From positions 1,023,353 to 1,053,137 of the forward strand of contig NW_008246071.1 in assembly GCF_000281045.1 (NCBI RefSeq): a stretch of DNA of 29,785 nt, in the 5' to 3' direction. The stretch is from Saprolegnia diclina VS20 (taxonomy: Eukaryota). How positions within the stretch are numbered: the first letter of the stretch is position 1; every line of letters begins with the position of its first letter. Positions 1 through 10,000 of this stretch are shown piece after piece. The notes below the pieces were generated by a model, which was not told where the DNA came from, did no database searches, and worked only from the letters and a program-made list of their open reading frames with translations. Made by a program: the position numbers and the translations under genes.

Positions 1-156
1 AAATGCTGGCGTGGCGAATACAGTGCAATTACTGTGCTGCATGATACACTGTATGGACAGAGGACGCAGCTAATAGAAGCGGCCAAGAGTAATGCCGAAA
101 ATTACTGGCAAAGATTCGTTTTCTGGATCCTTGGGACGAACGGATACAGCGTCGCG

Positions 157-906
157 CTATTGCAAGCAGAAGGGCAGCGGGCTTTTGCACGTGGCAGCGT
201 TGCGGTGCCGGGACGCAGCGGCCGCCAGCTGCGCGACAAAGGCGAGGGCTGGCACTGCGCAGTCGCCGGCGCGACGCCCATGCTCGGCATCATCCCACTC
301 GTTGGTTGCTTCAAAATGCGGACTCAAGAGCCCGATCGTGCCCCGTTGGTTTTTCCAGTATGGAAGGATAACACCGACAGGCGCGCCATGTCGGCCGACG
401 TACGCCCCAAACCGCTCGGCACCAACGTCGAGCATCGGTGTCAAGTCGGGACCGCCTTGGTGGTACGTACTATAGCGCATGTTGTTGATCTCGACTGGGA
501 CGATCCGCGCTTCGTCGTCGTCGAGCTCGTCAAAGCTAAAGAACGGGTCATGGTCCTTGTCCCGGACCAAGTCGAACTGCTCGACGCCGGCCGCATAGGC
601 GCCAAGGCAGATGCCCAAGTACACGCCGCCGTCGGCCACGAAGCGCTGCACGGAGGGCCGGAGCTTCCGGTTGTTGGCAAAAAAGGTTGCAAACGACGTG
701 TCGACGTCGTCGCCGCCGCCGGGCTGAACGTACAAGGTTGTCACCGGGTCTGCTACAGCCAGCGCCTTGGGAATGGCTTCCATGGACACGACGCGGACGT
801 CGGGGATGCCAACGCGCCGAAGCATCGCGGCTGCATCGTACGAGCACTCGGGAATCTCGTTCTTCGGGTTGAGGAAGACGATCGCCAGCGCGAAAAGCGC
901 CGCCAT
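157..906 (-). CDS. Stand-alone BPL_N-like (biotin-protein ligase N-terminal) / class I glutamine amidotransferase-like protein, ~249 aa, no intron evident
   Basis: ORF 157..966, likely ATG at 906 (MAALFALAIVF). Motifs LYVQPGGG, FVADGGVYLGICLGAY (nucleophile-elbow Cys) and SPHFE (His-x-Glu) match the BPL_N/GATase1-like fold. Confidence 0.75.
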   Translation of the reverse strand: MAALFALAIVFLNPKNEIPECSYDAAAMLRRVGIPDVRVVSMEAIPKALAVADPVTTLYVQPGGGDDVDTSFATFFANNRKLRPSVQRFVADGGVYLGICLGAYAAGVEQFDLVRDKDHDPFFSFDELDDDEARIVPVEINNMRYSTYHQGGPDLTPMLDVGAERFGAYVGRHGAPVGVILPYWKNQRGTIGLLSPHFEATNEWDDAEHGRRAGDCAVPALAFVAQLAAAASRHRNAATCKSPLPFCLQ

Positions 907-1175
907 CGTGGAGGATTTGCACTTGAGGCTACACGCACGCAACTTTCTCTGCAACAAAACCAGCACGTGGCTCCTTCAAGCGCTGCCGCATACCACTGCT
1001 TGTCGTTTGAATGCACGTGCTACAGGAGCTATTGTAGCCGAGAGGACTTAGCTTCGACATACACTTGCACTTACGAGCATCGCCGCAGTGCCGAGGCGAA
1101 GCATGTTGCGTGCGAGTAGCGTGCCGGGGCATTGCCGCAGCTGGCCTGTACCTAGGTAATTGTATGCTGTTGGAA

Positions 1176-1208
1176 GCCAATCGAAGCTGGCGGATCATTT
1201 TTAGATTT
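1176..1208 (+). promoter_or_regulatory. Oomycete-type core promoter: CCAAT box plus INR/FPR-like element
   Basis: GCCAATC at 1176-1182 and TCATTTTTAGATTT at 1195-1208, which fits the oomycete TCATTYBNNNWTTY consensus, ending 4 nt before the ATG at 1213. Confidence 0.6.
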
Positions 1209-1212
1209 CGCC

Positions 1213-2331
1213 ATGGCCCCCACGGTGCAGGTTCCCGTGCCCGAGCTGACGGCGCAGACGACGAAAGCGCTGCGGCTCCTCGGGTACTCGGAGACGGAAG
1301 CGACAATCATCCAGCGCATCCTCTTGTATGCGCAGCTCCGAGGCAACACGCAGGGCGTCGTCAAGCTCGTGACGCACGCGCTCGACAAGAGCCCGTTGTC
1401 GGCAGCGCATCCGATTCGTACGACGCGGGAGACGCCGACGATGGCGGCGATCGACGGCCACCAGCACTGCGGCATGCTCGTTCTGCAGCGAGCCACGGAG
1501 GTTGCGATCGCCAAGGCCAAGACAGCCGGCGTCAGCGTTGTGACGTGCCGCAACTATTGTACATACTACACGCTCGACTCGACGACGGCATCTCATGCTT
1601 GCACGTAGGCACGTCGACGGGCGCGATTGGGTATTACGCCCAGGAGATGGCGCGCCAAGGCTGCATCGGCTTTGTCTTCTCGGGCTCGCCGGAACTCGTG
1701 GCGCCCACGGGCAGCAAGATGCCGCTCTTTGGTACCAACCCGCTCGCAATGAGCTTCCCGCGCTCGGATGCCTCGGAGCCGCTCATGATGGACTTGGCGA
1801 CGTCGGCCATCTCGTACTACGCTGTTATTTTGGCCAAAATCGCCAAAATCGCAATCCCCGAAGGCGTTGCTGTGGATGTCAACGGTACCTCGCGTTCCAG
1901 GGAAGAGTCTCTAGTCTCAAGGTGCATTAGGTGCCACCACGACGGACCCCGCGGCTGTTCACGCGATTTTGCCGTTTGGTGGGCACAAGGGATCGGCGTT
2001 GGCCCTCGCGGTGGAGCTGCTCTCGGCGGCGCTCGCGGGCGGTGCGATCCACGACAAGGACAACGCCAACGACTGGGCGAGCTGCGTCGTCGCGATCGAC
2101 CCCACGCTCTTCCACCCGCAGCCAGGTGCCTTCACATCGCGCGTCGAGCAAGTGCTGCAACGTGTCAAGACGGCCGACAAGATGCCCAATGTCGACGCGA
2201 TCTGGCTCCCCGGCGAGCGCGGCAATGCCATTTCCAAGAAGCACGTGGCGGAAGGTGTCATTCCGATGGAAGCGTCGCTGTGGGGTCAGCTGCAAGCGCT
2301 CACGGGCGGCACCCCGCCGTCGCGTCTGTGA
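1213..2331 (+). CDS. Ldh_2 family (type 2 malate/L-lactate, ureidoglycolate dehydrogenase-like) oxidoreductase, 340 aa, 3 exons, C-terminal PTS1 (SRL)
   Basis: Exons 1213-1558, 1609-1884, 1931-2331; GT-AG introns of 50 and 46 nt; spliced length 1023 nt. Family motifs VAPTGSKMPLFGTNPLA, MDLATSAI, IPEGVAVDVNG, LPFGGHKGSALAL, WLPGERG. Confidence 0.9.
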
Positions 2332-2590
2332 GAGCTCACTGGCTGCCTCCAAATGAGATATAGCAATAAGCATTTGTCCAAGTGCGAGTACCAGTATGCA
2401 CTAGCTCATTGCGCCGAGAGAATCTCGTGTCTGACGAACCTCACGGGACAAAGATGACGTCACCGTTGACTACGTCCAAACTATTTCCATCTCCTAGAGT
2501 CCATCAGGTGCCATCTTCGGGGTGAACATTCTTTAGCCCAGAAAATGCCGATGGACAACTAGGAGTCGATCTTCGACGAACGCCGCCTTG

Positions 2591-2624
2591 TGATTGGCCC
2601 CATTTTTCGTGATCGGTCCAATCA
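2591..2624. promoter_or_regulatory. Inverted pair of CCAAT boxes upstream of the ES1/ElbB gene
   Basis: TGATTGG (2591-2597) and CCAATCA (2618-2624), about 100 nt upstream of ATG 2720. Confidence 0.45.
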
Positions 2625-2719
2625 TATTATACCATTGAAAGTATGATCGACGATACAAATTTCAAGCTGGAATAAAAAATCAAAAAAAGAATCGCTCGCC
2701 ACAGATTCGAACCAGCCAC

Positions 2720-3630
2720 ATGTTGCGTCGAGGTGCTGCGCTTGGCGGGCTTGTCCTCGTCGGCTTCGCCGCGGTACCGCTGGTGAAGCATGCCATGACG
2801 CGCTTCCAACCTGCGCTCACGAATGCGCTCTCGGCACCCAAGCAGGAGCTGCCCTCGAAGCGCGTCGCGCTCATCCTCAGCGGTAGGCTCGTGATCCACG
2901 TACAGCTTCGTCCAACGATACTATGGCGTAGGCGCGGGCGTCTACGATGGCACCGAGATCACCGAGGCCGTGAGCTGCTTGATCCACTTGAGCAAGGCCA
3001 ATGCGAACGTGACGATGTTTGCGCCCAACATTGCCCAGCACCACGTCATCAACCACCTCACCGGCGATGTCCTCCCCGAGTCGCGCAACGTGCTCGTACG
3101 GTTTTCCTCTGGATACGTAGCAGCGATACCATGCACGGCGATATGAATAGGTCGAGTCGGCGCGCATTGGTCGCGGCAAAGTCGAGGCCTTGGACGTGCT
3201 GGACGTGGCCAACTTTGACGCTATCGTGGTGCCCGGCGGGTTTGGCGCGGCCAAGAACCTGAGTTCGTTTGCGTTTGACGGCGCCAACATGAACGTGCAG
3301 CCGCAAGTGGCGTCGGCGCTCTCGTCGTTCCATGCCGCCAAGAAGCCGATCGGGCTCATGTGCATTGCGCCGGTCCTCGGCGCCAAGCTCTTTCCCGGCG
3401 CGGAGCTCACCATGGGCAAGCGCTCGGGTGCGACGTGGTCCAACGGCGGTGCCTCCGATGCGGTCGACGCGCTCGGCGCCGTTGCGATCGAGAAGGAGTC
3501 GGACGAGATCCACATTGATGCGACCAACAAGATTGTGTCGGCGCCCGCTTACATGCACGACGCTGGCACGCCGGCGTCGGTCCACGACAACATTGGCAAG
3601 CTCGTCGAGGCCGTGGTGCGCATGGACTAA
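2720..3630 (+). CDS. elbB: ES1/ElbB (GATD3-like) glyoxalase-type protein, DJ-1/PfpI superfamily, 268 aa, 3 exons, N-terminal extension possibly a mitochondrial targeting peptide
   Basis: Exons 2720-2882, 2932-3095, 3151-3630; introns of 49 and 55 nt; spliced length 807 nt. Motifs ILSGAGVYDGTEITEA, RNVLVESARIGRG, VPGGFGAAKNLS, KPIGLMCIAP, KIVSAPAYM. N-terminus MLRRGAALGG is basic and lacks acidic residues. Confidence 0.92.
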
Positions 3631-3707
3631 ACCACAGTAGTATTGTCACCACCAACAAAGACACTCTGTCCACACTCCCATAGTGTACAACACACACACA
3701 TATTAGA

Positions 3708-5630
3708 TTAAAACGTGAGTTCCGGAGCAACGGGCAAGAACGCGACATCGAACCGACCGGTCGCGGGGTGCCGCGTGCACTGGGCGTAGTACGACTGCAG
3801 CACGTGTGTATACTCGAGAAGCGCGACGCGCGCATACTGCTGGAGGTGCTTCCACTCGATGCCCTCGCGCGGCGCAAAGAACCGGTCGACGTGGCTGCTC
3901 GCGACCGCCGACTCGAATTCATGGTCTTGCGGCGTCACGCGCAAGTACGGCAGCGACGCTTGCAGCAGTCGGAGCCGGTCGACTTCGGCCGCGAGCTTCT
4001 CCTCGACGTCGGTCGTTGCATTCGCTGACATGCATTCGCGCGCAAACGACGCACTCACGCGGCTCTGCGAGCAGTTGTGCAGATCTTTCTGAAGCGTTGC
4101 GACGCGGGCCGCCGCGAGGTCGGCAGCGCGGCGCTGCTCCTTGTTGGCTTCGTGCGCGCGGTCGCGCTCGCGGAGACAGAGCGAGAGGATGAGCACGTCA
4201 AAGAAGGTCCACTTCGCGCGCTCGTCGTCGAGGAGGCTCTCCATATTGGGGGCGAGCGCATCGTAGTTGAAGAAGCTGAGCTCGTGCTCGCCGTCGACCT
4301 TGGCGAGCAAGCTATCGGTCATCGAGAAGAGGAACGCGCGGTGGGCGCCCGGACACAGCCGGTAGACGAGCACGTGCTGGTAAAAGCGCCGGACGTCGCG
4401 CTGCCAGTGCAAGAAAAGCTCGAAATGGCGGTGGAGGAGCACGCGCATGACGAGCGTCCGCAGCGTGTCGGGCAGCATCGGGAGCACGTTGTAGAGGAAC
4501 AAGAGCGTCTTCTTGAGAATGTCCATGTGGTCGGACAAGAGCAGTAGCTTGATGGCAAAGAGCCACGAAAAATCTTTGTCGTAGTCGCGGACAGTCGCCA
4601 TCAAGTCAAACTTGTACTCGGTGAGGCGCGTGAACCACTCCTCGAGCTGGTGGAGGCAGTGCCCGACGCTGCGCTCGTTGTGGACGTTGGTCGCCTCGAG
4701 GAGCGCGAGGAGAGTGAGGTACGTGAGCTTGGGGTTGAGAAGGAGCATGAGCCCCTTGAGCATCGCGGTTTTCACGCCGCGCATGGTAAAAGCAAAGTAC
4801 GTGCGCGGCGACGGCCCCACCATGGCCCACGTTTCGTACGCGCACTCGTGCACGAGCCGGAGACCAATGTACACAAGGCGGTCGTGGTGCGGCACGACGC
4901 GCTTCCAGTCGTTGGTCTCGTTGACGCTGCTTCGGCTTTGGTTGAGCACCGAAGCGAGAAAGAGCATGTAAAACTCGCCATCGAGCACGAGCTTGCCGAG
5001 GAGCGCATCGACGTCACGCGAAAGCGGCGGCCCCTTCTTCATGTCGCTCGATGGGAGCTTGGCGAGCATGCTAAAGGCCATCAAACTCGACTCGAACGAC
5101 GGCGCGGACGGCGCATTTGCCATCGGGACCCATTTTGGGTACTTTGCGTTCGGCGAAGAGGATGGGACGCGGAACCAGTCGTGGGCGGCGGTCGCGGCTT
5201 CGAGCTGCGTGATGACGCTCGCTTGTAGCCCTTCGTCGCCGAGGTACGCGAGCGCGACGACGTTGGCCATGAAGGCCATCTCGAGCTGCGTCTTGGCGAC
5301 GCGGCCCGCGCCGACCACGGCCGAAAGCCGCCCGCAGAGCTCGAGCGCCTGCAGGACGTGCGCATGCGACTCGTCGCACGTCGCGTCAAACGACTGCAAG
5401 AGAAACTCGAGGATCTGGCTGTGCTTGGCGCGCTCGGCGTCGTCGGACCCCCTGGTGGGCGTGTTGGGAAACGTCGATGAAAGTACGTCCGAGTAGTGCG
5501 ACCGGCGCTTGGCCCGGCGGACGGCGGCCATCTGGAGCGCGGGCTCGTCCGAGGTCCGCACCGGCCGCTGCGTCGTCGTGCGCTCAATGTCCTTGAACAT
5601 GCTCCGGAACGTATCGGCAAACCTGTTCAT
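3708..5630 (-). CDS. Hypothetical helical protein with a probable DUF1765-like region, ~640 aa, intronless
   Basis: 652-codon ORF with strong GC3 bias; ATG at 5630 or 5666. Segment LLLSDHMDILKKTLLFLYN...LFLHWQRDVRRFYQHVLVYRL resembles DUF1765 proteins (from memory, not searched). Confidence 0.7.
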   Translation of the reverse strand: MNRFADTFRSMFKDIERTTTQRPVRTSDEPALQMAAVRRAKRRSHYSDVLSSTFPNTPTRGSDDAERAKHSQILEFLLQSFDATCDESHAHVLQALELCGRLSAVVGAGRVAKTQLEMAFMANVVALAYLGDEGLQASVITQLEAATAAHDWFRVPSSSPNAKYPKWVPMANAPSAPSFESSLMAFSMLAKLPSSDMKKGPPLSRDVDALLGKLVLDGEFYMLFLASVLNQSRSSVNETNDWKRVVPHHDRLVYIGLRLVHECAYETWAMVGPSPRTYFAFTMRGVKTAMLKGLMLLLNPKLTYLTLLALLEATNVHNERSVGHCLHQLEEWFTRLTEYKFDLMATVRDYDKDFSWLFAIKLLLLSDHMDILKKTLLFLYNVLPMLPDTLRTLVMRVLLHRHFELFLHWQRDVRRFYQHVLVYRLCPGAHRAFLFSMTDSLLAKVDGEHELSFFNYDALAPNMESLLDDERAKWTFFDVLILSLCLRERDRAHEANKEQRRAADLAAARVATLQKDLHNCSQSRVSASFARECMSANATTDVEEKLAAEVDRLRLLQASLPYLRVTPQDHEFESAVASSHVDRFFAPREGIEWKHLQQYARVALLEYTHVLQSYYAQCTRHPATGRFDVAFLPVAPELTF

Positions 5631-6863
5631 GGCGGCGACAGTTGGCGAATGGCGACAATCCGACATCGGGATGTGGCAACATTGCCGAAAAGATCGGGTT
5701 TGGGCGCGAGGTTGATCGGGCTATATTGTGCTTTTCACAAAGGGTGCAACGGATCGCCCTCCACATGCGCGAGATGAGCGTCTCGCAATGCTACTGCAAT
5801 GGAAGCCGCGACCGAGCCTGCATACGTCGTCGACCTTGATGCGCCCGCCGGAAATTGCTCGCCGGCGCCGAGCACTGGCCGCTTCTGATCGAATCGCGGT
5901 AGGGTGGTTTTTGGCGGCGGTGCTCCGAAGACGAACGCCGCATGGTCGCAAAGCACCTAAGTGCAACGTTCGGAGACTACGTAGTATGTGTCTACGGTAT
6001 TGTATGGCGTCCACATCGTCGCGATGGTCGTGGGCACACACGGCGTGACCAACGCGACCTGGGCAATTGGCAAGAGAAGACGAACGCACAATATTGGCCT
6101 TGTGATTGCTTCAAAATCGACTCAGATAAATTCGAAGGAAATGCAAGCCGACATTTGGTCGTCTTCTCTGCAGAGAAGCAGCACGAGATGGCAGTGTTCA
6201 AGCGGCCTTTTGCAAGGCAGGGACACATCGTGCCCCGTCGGGACGTTGTCTCTGTTGTCAGAAGCGTCAGGCAACGATTCGTTAATGCGACCGGTGGTGC
6301 AATCCTGAAGCGGACACGTCTACCCCCACGCCGATTTTGCCATATGCAGTGGCAGTCATTCGCAAGATTGGCTACATTGGCGTGGGCAATAGTGGCTCTG
6401 GCGTGCGAGCACCTACTAGAACAACGTATTTCTGTTCACGACCACCGCGTGCTGGCGTAGGCACTGGCAACGCGTTGCAGCGTCGGCGGCGACTGTATCT
6501 TCGTGCACTGCATTTAGCTCGTCATTTGCCCGTCTCGCGTTGGTCGACCTGTTTGATACTAGCGCGGTAGGACCAGCTTCAAGCTATCAAGCACTTCGCC
6601 GTGTACCATGCGCACGAAAACGAATAGAACTGACCATGTACTGGCCTCTTCCTCCCTCTTTGCAGACGAGGAGAAGGCGAAGAGTGCCACGGTTGTACGG
6701 TACCCCATATGAGCATGACTCGCATCTCGTGAGCGATACTCCACTTGATGATCCATCACGCACAGTGGTCTTGCCGCTCTGCCGCGGCTGCGTGGCATGT
6801 CGCTGGCACCGCGACAAACTCTGTTTCGCAAAAACAGAGTTTGACGACATGCAAGCGAGGAAT

Positions 6864-6943
6864 CCAATCAGCACACGCCGACGGAAATCATATATTTCAG
6901 CCAATCATCGATGCGATCGAAAGATCGCTTTTTCAACCAATCA
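6864..6943 (+). promoter_or_regulatory. Three evenly spaced CCAATCA boxes upstream of the dynein gene
   Basis: CCAATCA at 6864, 6901 and 6937 (spacing 37 and 36 nt); the last two are preceded by TTTCAR. The array ends about 80 nt before ATG 7023. Confidence 0.6.
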
Positions 6944-7022
6944 GAGACGTGTGTCGGATGGGCCGAAGGGGCGGGAGTTGAAACGACGCATCTTGGCAGC
7001 GACGCCTGGTAGACCCAACTGC

Positions 7023-10000
7023 ATGGAGGACGACCGGCAAGTCGACGATGGAGCGGGGGACGTGGAGGAAGAGAAGACGGATCTCTCGCCCGAGGAGCAG
7101 CTCGAGCACGACCGGCGCATGCTCGAACAGCGCTTCCGTCTCCACAAGCGCATGCGCAAGGAAGCCAAGGAGCGCCTCGAGTTGATCAAGACCAAGTCGA
7201 CGCGGAAGAAGCAGTCGCATGTCGACTACCAGAACCTGCCGCACAAGTGGAAGGATGCTGTCGTGCTCGAGGACGAGCTCAAGCGCCGCGAGCAGCTCAA
7301 GGTACTCCGCGGCCCCGAGCTCGTGCGCCCTTTCCCAGGCCGCATTCGCACAACGGCGCCCATTACGCTGGACGCCGACGCCGAGCGGCAGCAGCAGATC
7401 GACGAGTACGCCAAGAACGCTGCCAAGAATGAAGCGTACGTCCGTGGGCTCAACGACATCATCAAATCTCGTCTCGTAGGGCGGCCAATGTCGAGCTTGA
7501 CGAATACCTCAAGCTCGATCAGTCCAAGCTGCCGCTGCATCAATTCGACAGCACCGAGTACGAGACCAAGACTGCTGACGAGTGGCTCTCGCTTACCAAG
7601 ATGGGCGCGTCGCCCTTCTTTGTCAAGAATGAGTGGCGCTGGCGGCCATGCGTCGTCGACAGCTACAACTCGATCACGGAAAAGTACACGATCCAGTTCC
7701 AAGGCTCGGACAAGCAAAAGCAAGTCCGTCGCATCAACCTTCGCTTTGACCTCGTACGCATATATCTCATTTTGTGTCATGAGGTGCATCGATGCATGTA
7801 GGAAGATCCTGCCGTCTTCCAGCGACGCATTGACGAAGCCGTCCGACGCCGCGAGGAAGCCAAGGCGCAAATGCGCTTCGACTACTTTATCGCGCAGCAA
7901 GATGCAATCGAACCTCGGGCAATGGGTCGCCCGACGCTCGAAGGCATCCATCGTCGCGTCGTCGAGGGCTTGACGTCGGACGTTGGCGTCGAGGAGACGC
8001 ACGCAGTGCTACTGCGGAACCTCACAGACGTGGTCATTCGCGAGTACGCTCGAAGCATGAAGAAGGCCGTGCTTGCGCACAAGCTCGAGTTTGACGATCA
8101 TCTCCGGTTCAAGTACCAGAGCTTGAACCTGACGCCAATCCCACGGCCACTGTCCGCCCCCGCGTTTGGCAAGGTGCAAATTCCCGACCACGCGTACGAC
8201 AAGGCGCGACGCATTGTGGGACGGAAGCATTACACGGCCATGGGTGGGTTCCTTCCCGTGCTTATGAAGATCTACCACGGCTGGGAAACGTCGTTCCAGA
8301 AGCTTACCTTCTGCACGACGTCGCTTGATACGCTCTCGCTACCGTGCCGGCTCGCCGACTTTGACGACGTACAGATGACCCATTGTTCCAAAGTCACGGA
8401 AATGCTCTCTGTGGTGCGTCCACCAATACAGGTTGAAAGGTACTGAAATGACTGGTAGGACTGGCGCCGCGCCATTTCCGAGAACCTCGTCGATAGTTTG
8501 CAAGACACCCACGATTTTTTCATCTCGGATCGTGACGCCTACGCATCGGGTAGGCGTCTTTGCCTCCCAGACCGATTGCAGATCGACATTGACACTAGGC
8601 GTACTGCAACGACTCTTGATGAGCATCCGTGTGCGCATGGCGGCGCAGATGCGCATGCTTGTGGAGCAGTCGACGCAAACATGGGTCGCGCTCGTCGAGG
8701 CCACGATCAAACGCTGCACCCCCAAGGTGGCCGACATGATTGTGCCCGTGGCATCTGTCTTTGCGGTCGAGCTTGCGATCGGCGAGGCTGGCGTCGTCGC
8801 GATGGTACCGTCGAGCCAAGAAATCAAGACGGTCATGCTCGCGCCGCTGGAAACCATGGTCGCCAACGTTAGTGCGATCGAGGTCATTGACCCCGACTTG
8901 CTCTCGCTCCTCAACCTCGAACACCGCAAGTTGTTTGATATTTCCGTCAAAGACGAGGTCGTGCACGGTACACACTCGTGGACGTACAGCGTCGTCGTCT
9001 CACGTATGGGAATAGAAACGGTTGTCAAGATTGCCAGCGCGCGTCGGGACGTGCTCAAGTACGTGAACGAGTCGATGAACCAGGTCATGGGGGTCGCGGA
9101 CGCATATGGCCAGCACGCAGAGCTCATTGGCGTCGACGCCGCTGCGTTCATGAAGCAGTTCAAAGCCGACAATCCATCGCCCATTTCGCTGAGCGTCATG
9201 TGCGACGCGATCCGACGGTACCATGCGCTCGTGCTCGAGGTCGAGACGCTCAGCTTTGACGTGACGGGGTTTCCTCTTGTGTGCGTCAACGCCATGGGGC
9301 TCAAGGCGACGCTGCGGGAGCGAGGCACTGCGATCCGAGATGCGCTCATCGACTACATCGTGTTTGACGCGCGGGAGAAGAACATTGATATTACGCGGCG
9401 CTACCAATCGATCTTGCATCGCATTACCGAGAAGCCCACGAACGAAGCCGAGCTCGCGGCCCTCAAGGACTTTATCAACGTTAGCAAGGTTGGTTTCTCG
9501 GCATTTTATGCGATATGCGGAATGCTAACGTTATTGTGGTTTAGGGTACGATCGCAGGAATTGTCAAGGAAGTCGAAGAGATCCACGAGCGGCTTCATGC
9601 ACTGCACGAGTTCTCACACACCATCACGGACGACGATTTTCGGCTGGCGTGGAGCACAAAGGAGTGGCCCCAGCGCGTTGCGCATGCCGCCGACACGTGC
9701 GACTCAGCTCTCGAAGAAGACAAGATCCGCATGATGGACAAGCTGGCAATGGAGAAGGAGGCGTTTGAAGTCGACCTCGAGCGCTTTGAGAAGGATGTTG
9801 GACTCTTTCGGTCGTACGGGGAAATCGACATGACGGTGCGCACCCATGCTACACGAGCACCATATTCTAAGACGTTTGTGTAGGACAAGTACGTCGAGAT
9901 GGCGTCCACGTTGTACGATGCGATCTGTGAAGCAAAGCTCAAGGCCGACAACTTTAACCAGCGCGAAGCCGTCTTTGGGTTCCGCCCGACCGAGTATGCG

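Noticed and set aside
870..906. Signal peptide on the BPL_N-like protein (MAALFALAIVFL)
   Set aside because: The hydrophobic stretch is short and more likely the first beta-strand of the domain; no clear cleavage site.
34..1119. 361-aa + strand ORF
   Set aside because: Antisense shadow of the BPL_N-like gene, which carries the recognisable motifs.
1065..2363. 432-aa ORF as a single-exon gene, or a frameshifted Ldh_2 pseudogene
   Set aside because: Only its middle part is coding (exon 2); two GT-AG introns explain the frame changes.
3690..3700. Short CA dinucleotide run
   Set aside because: Too short to be a meaningful microsatellite.
6540..7022. Upstream in-frame extension of the dynein ORF
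   Set aside because: It overlaps the CCAAT array and lacks coding-like composition; ATG 7023 is more plausible.
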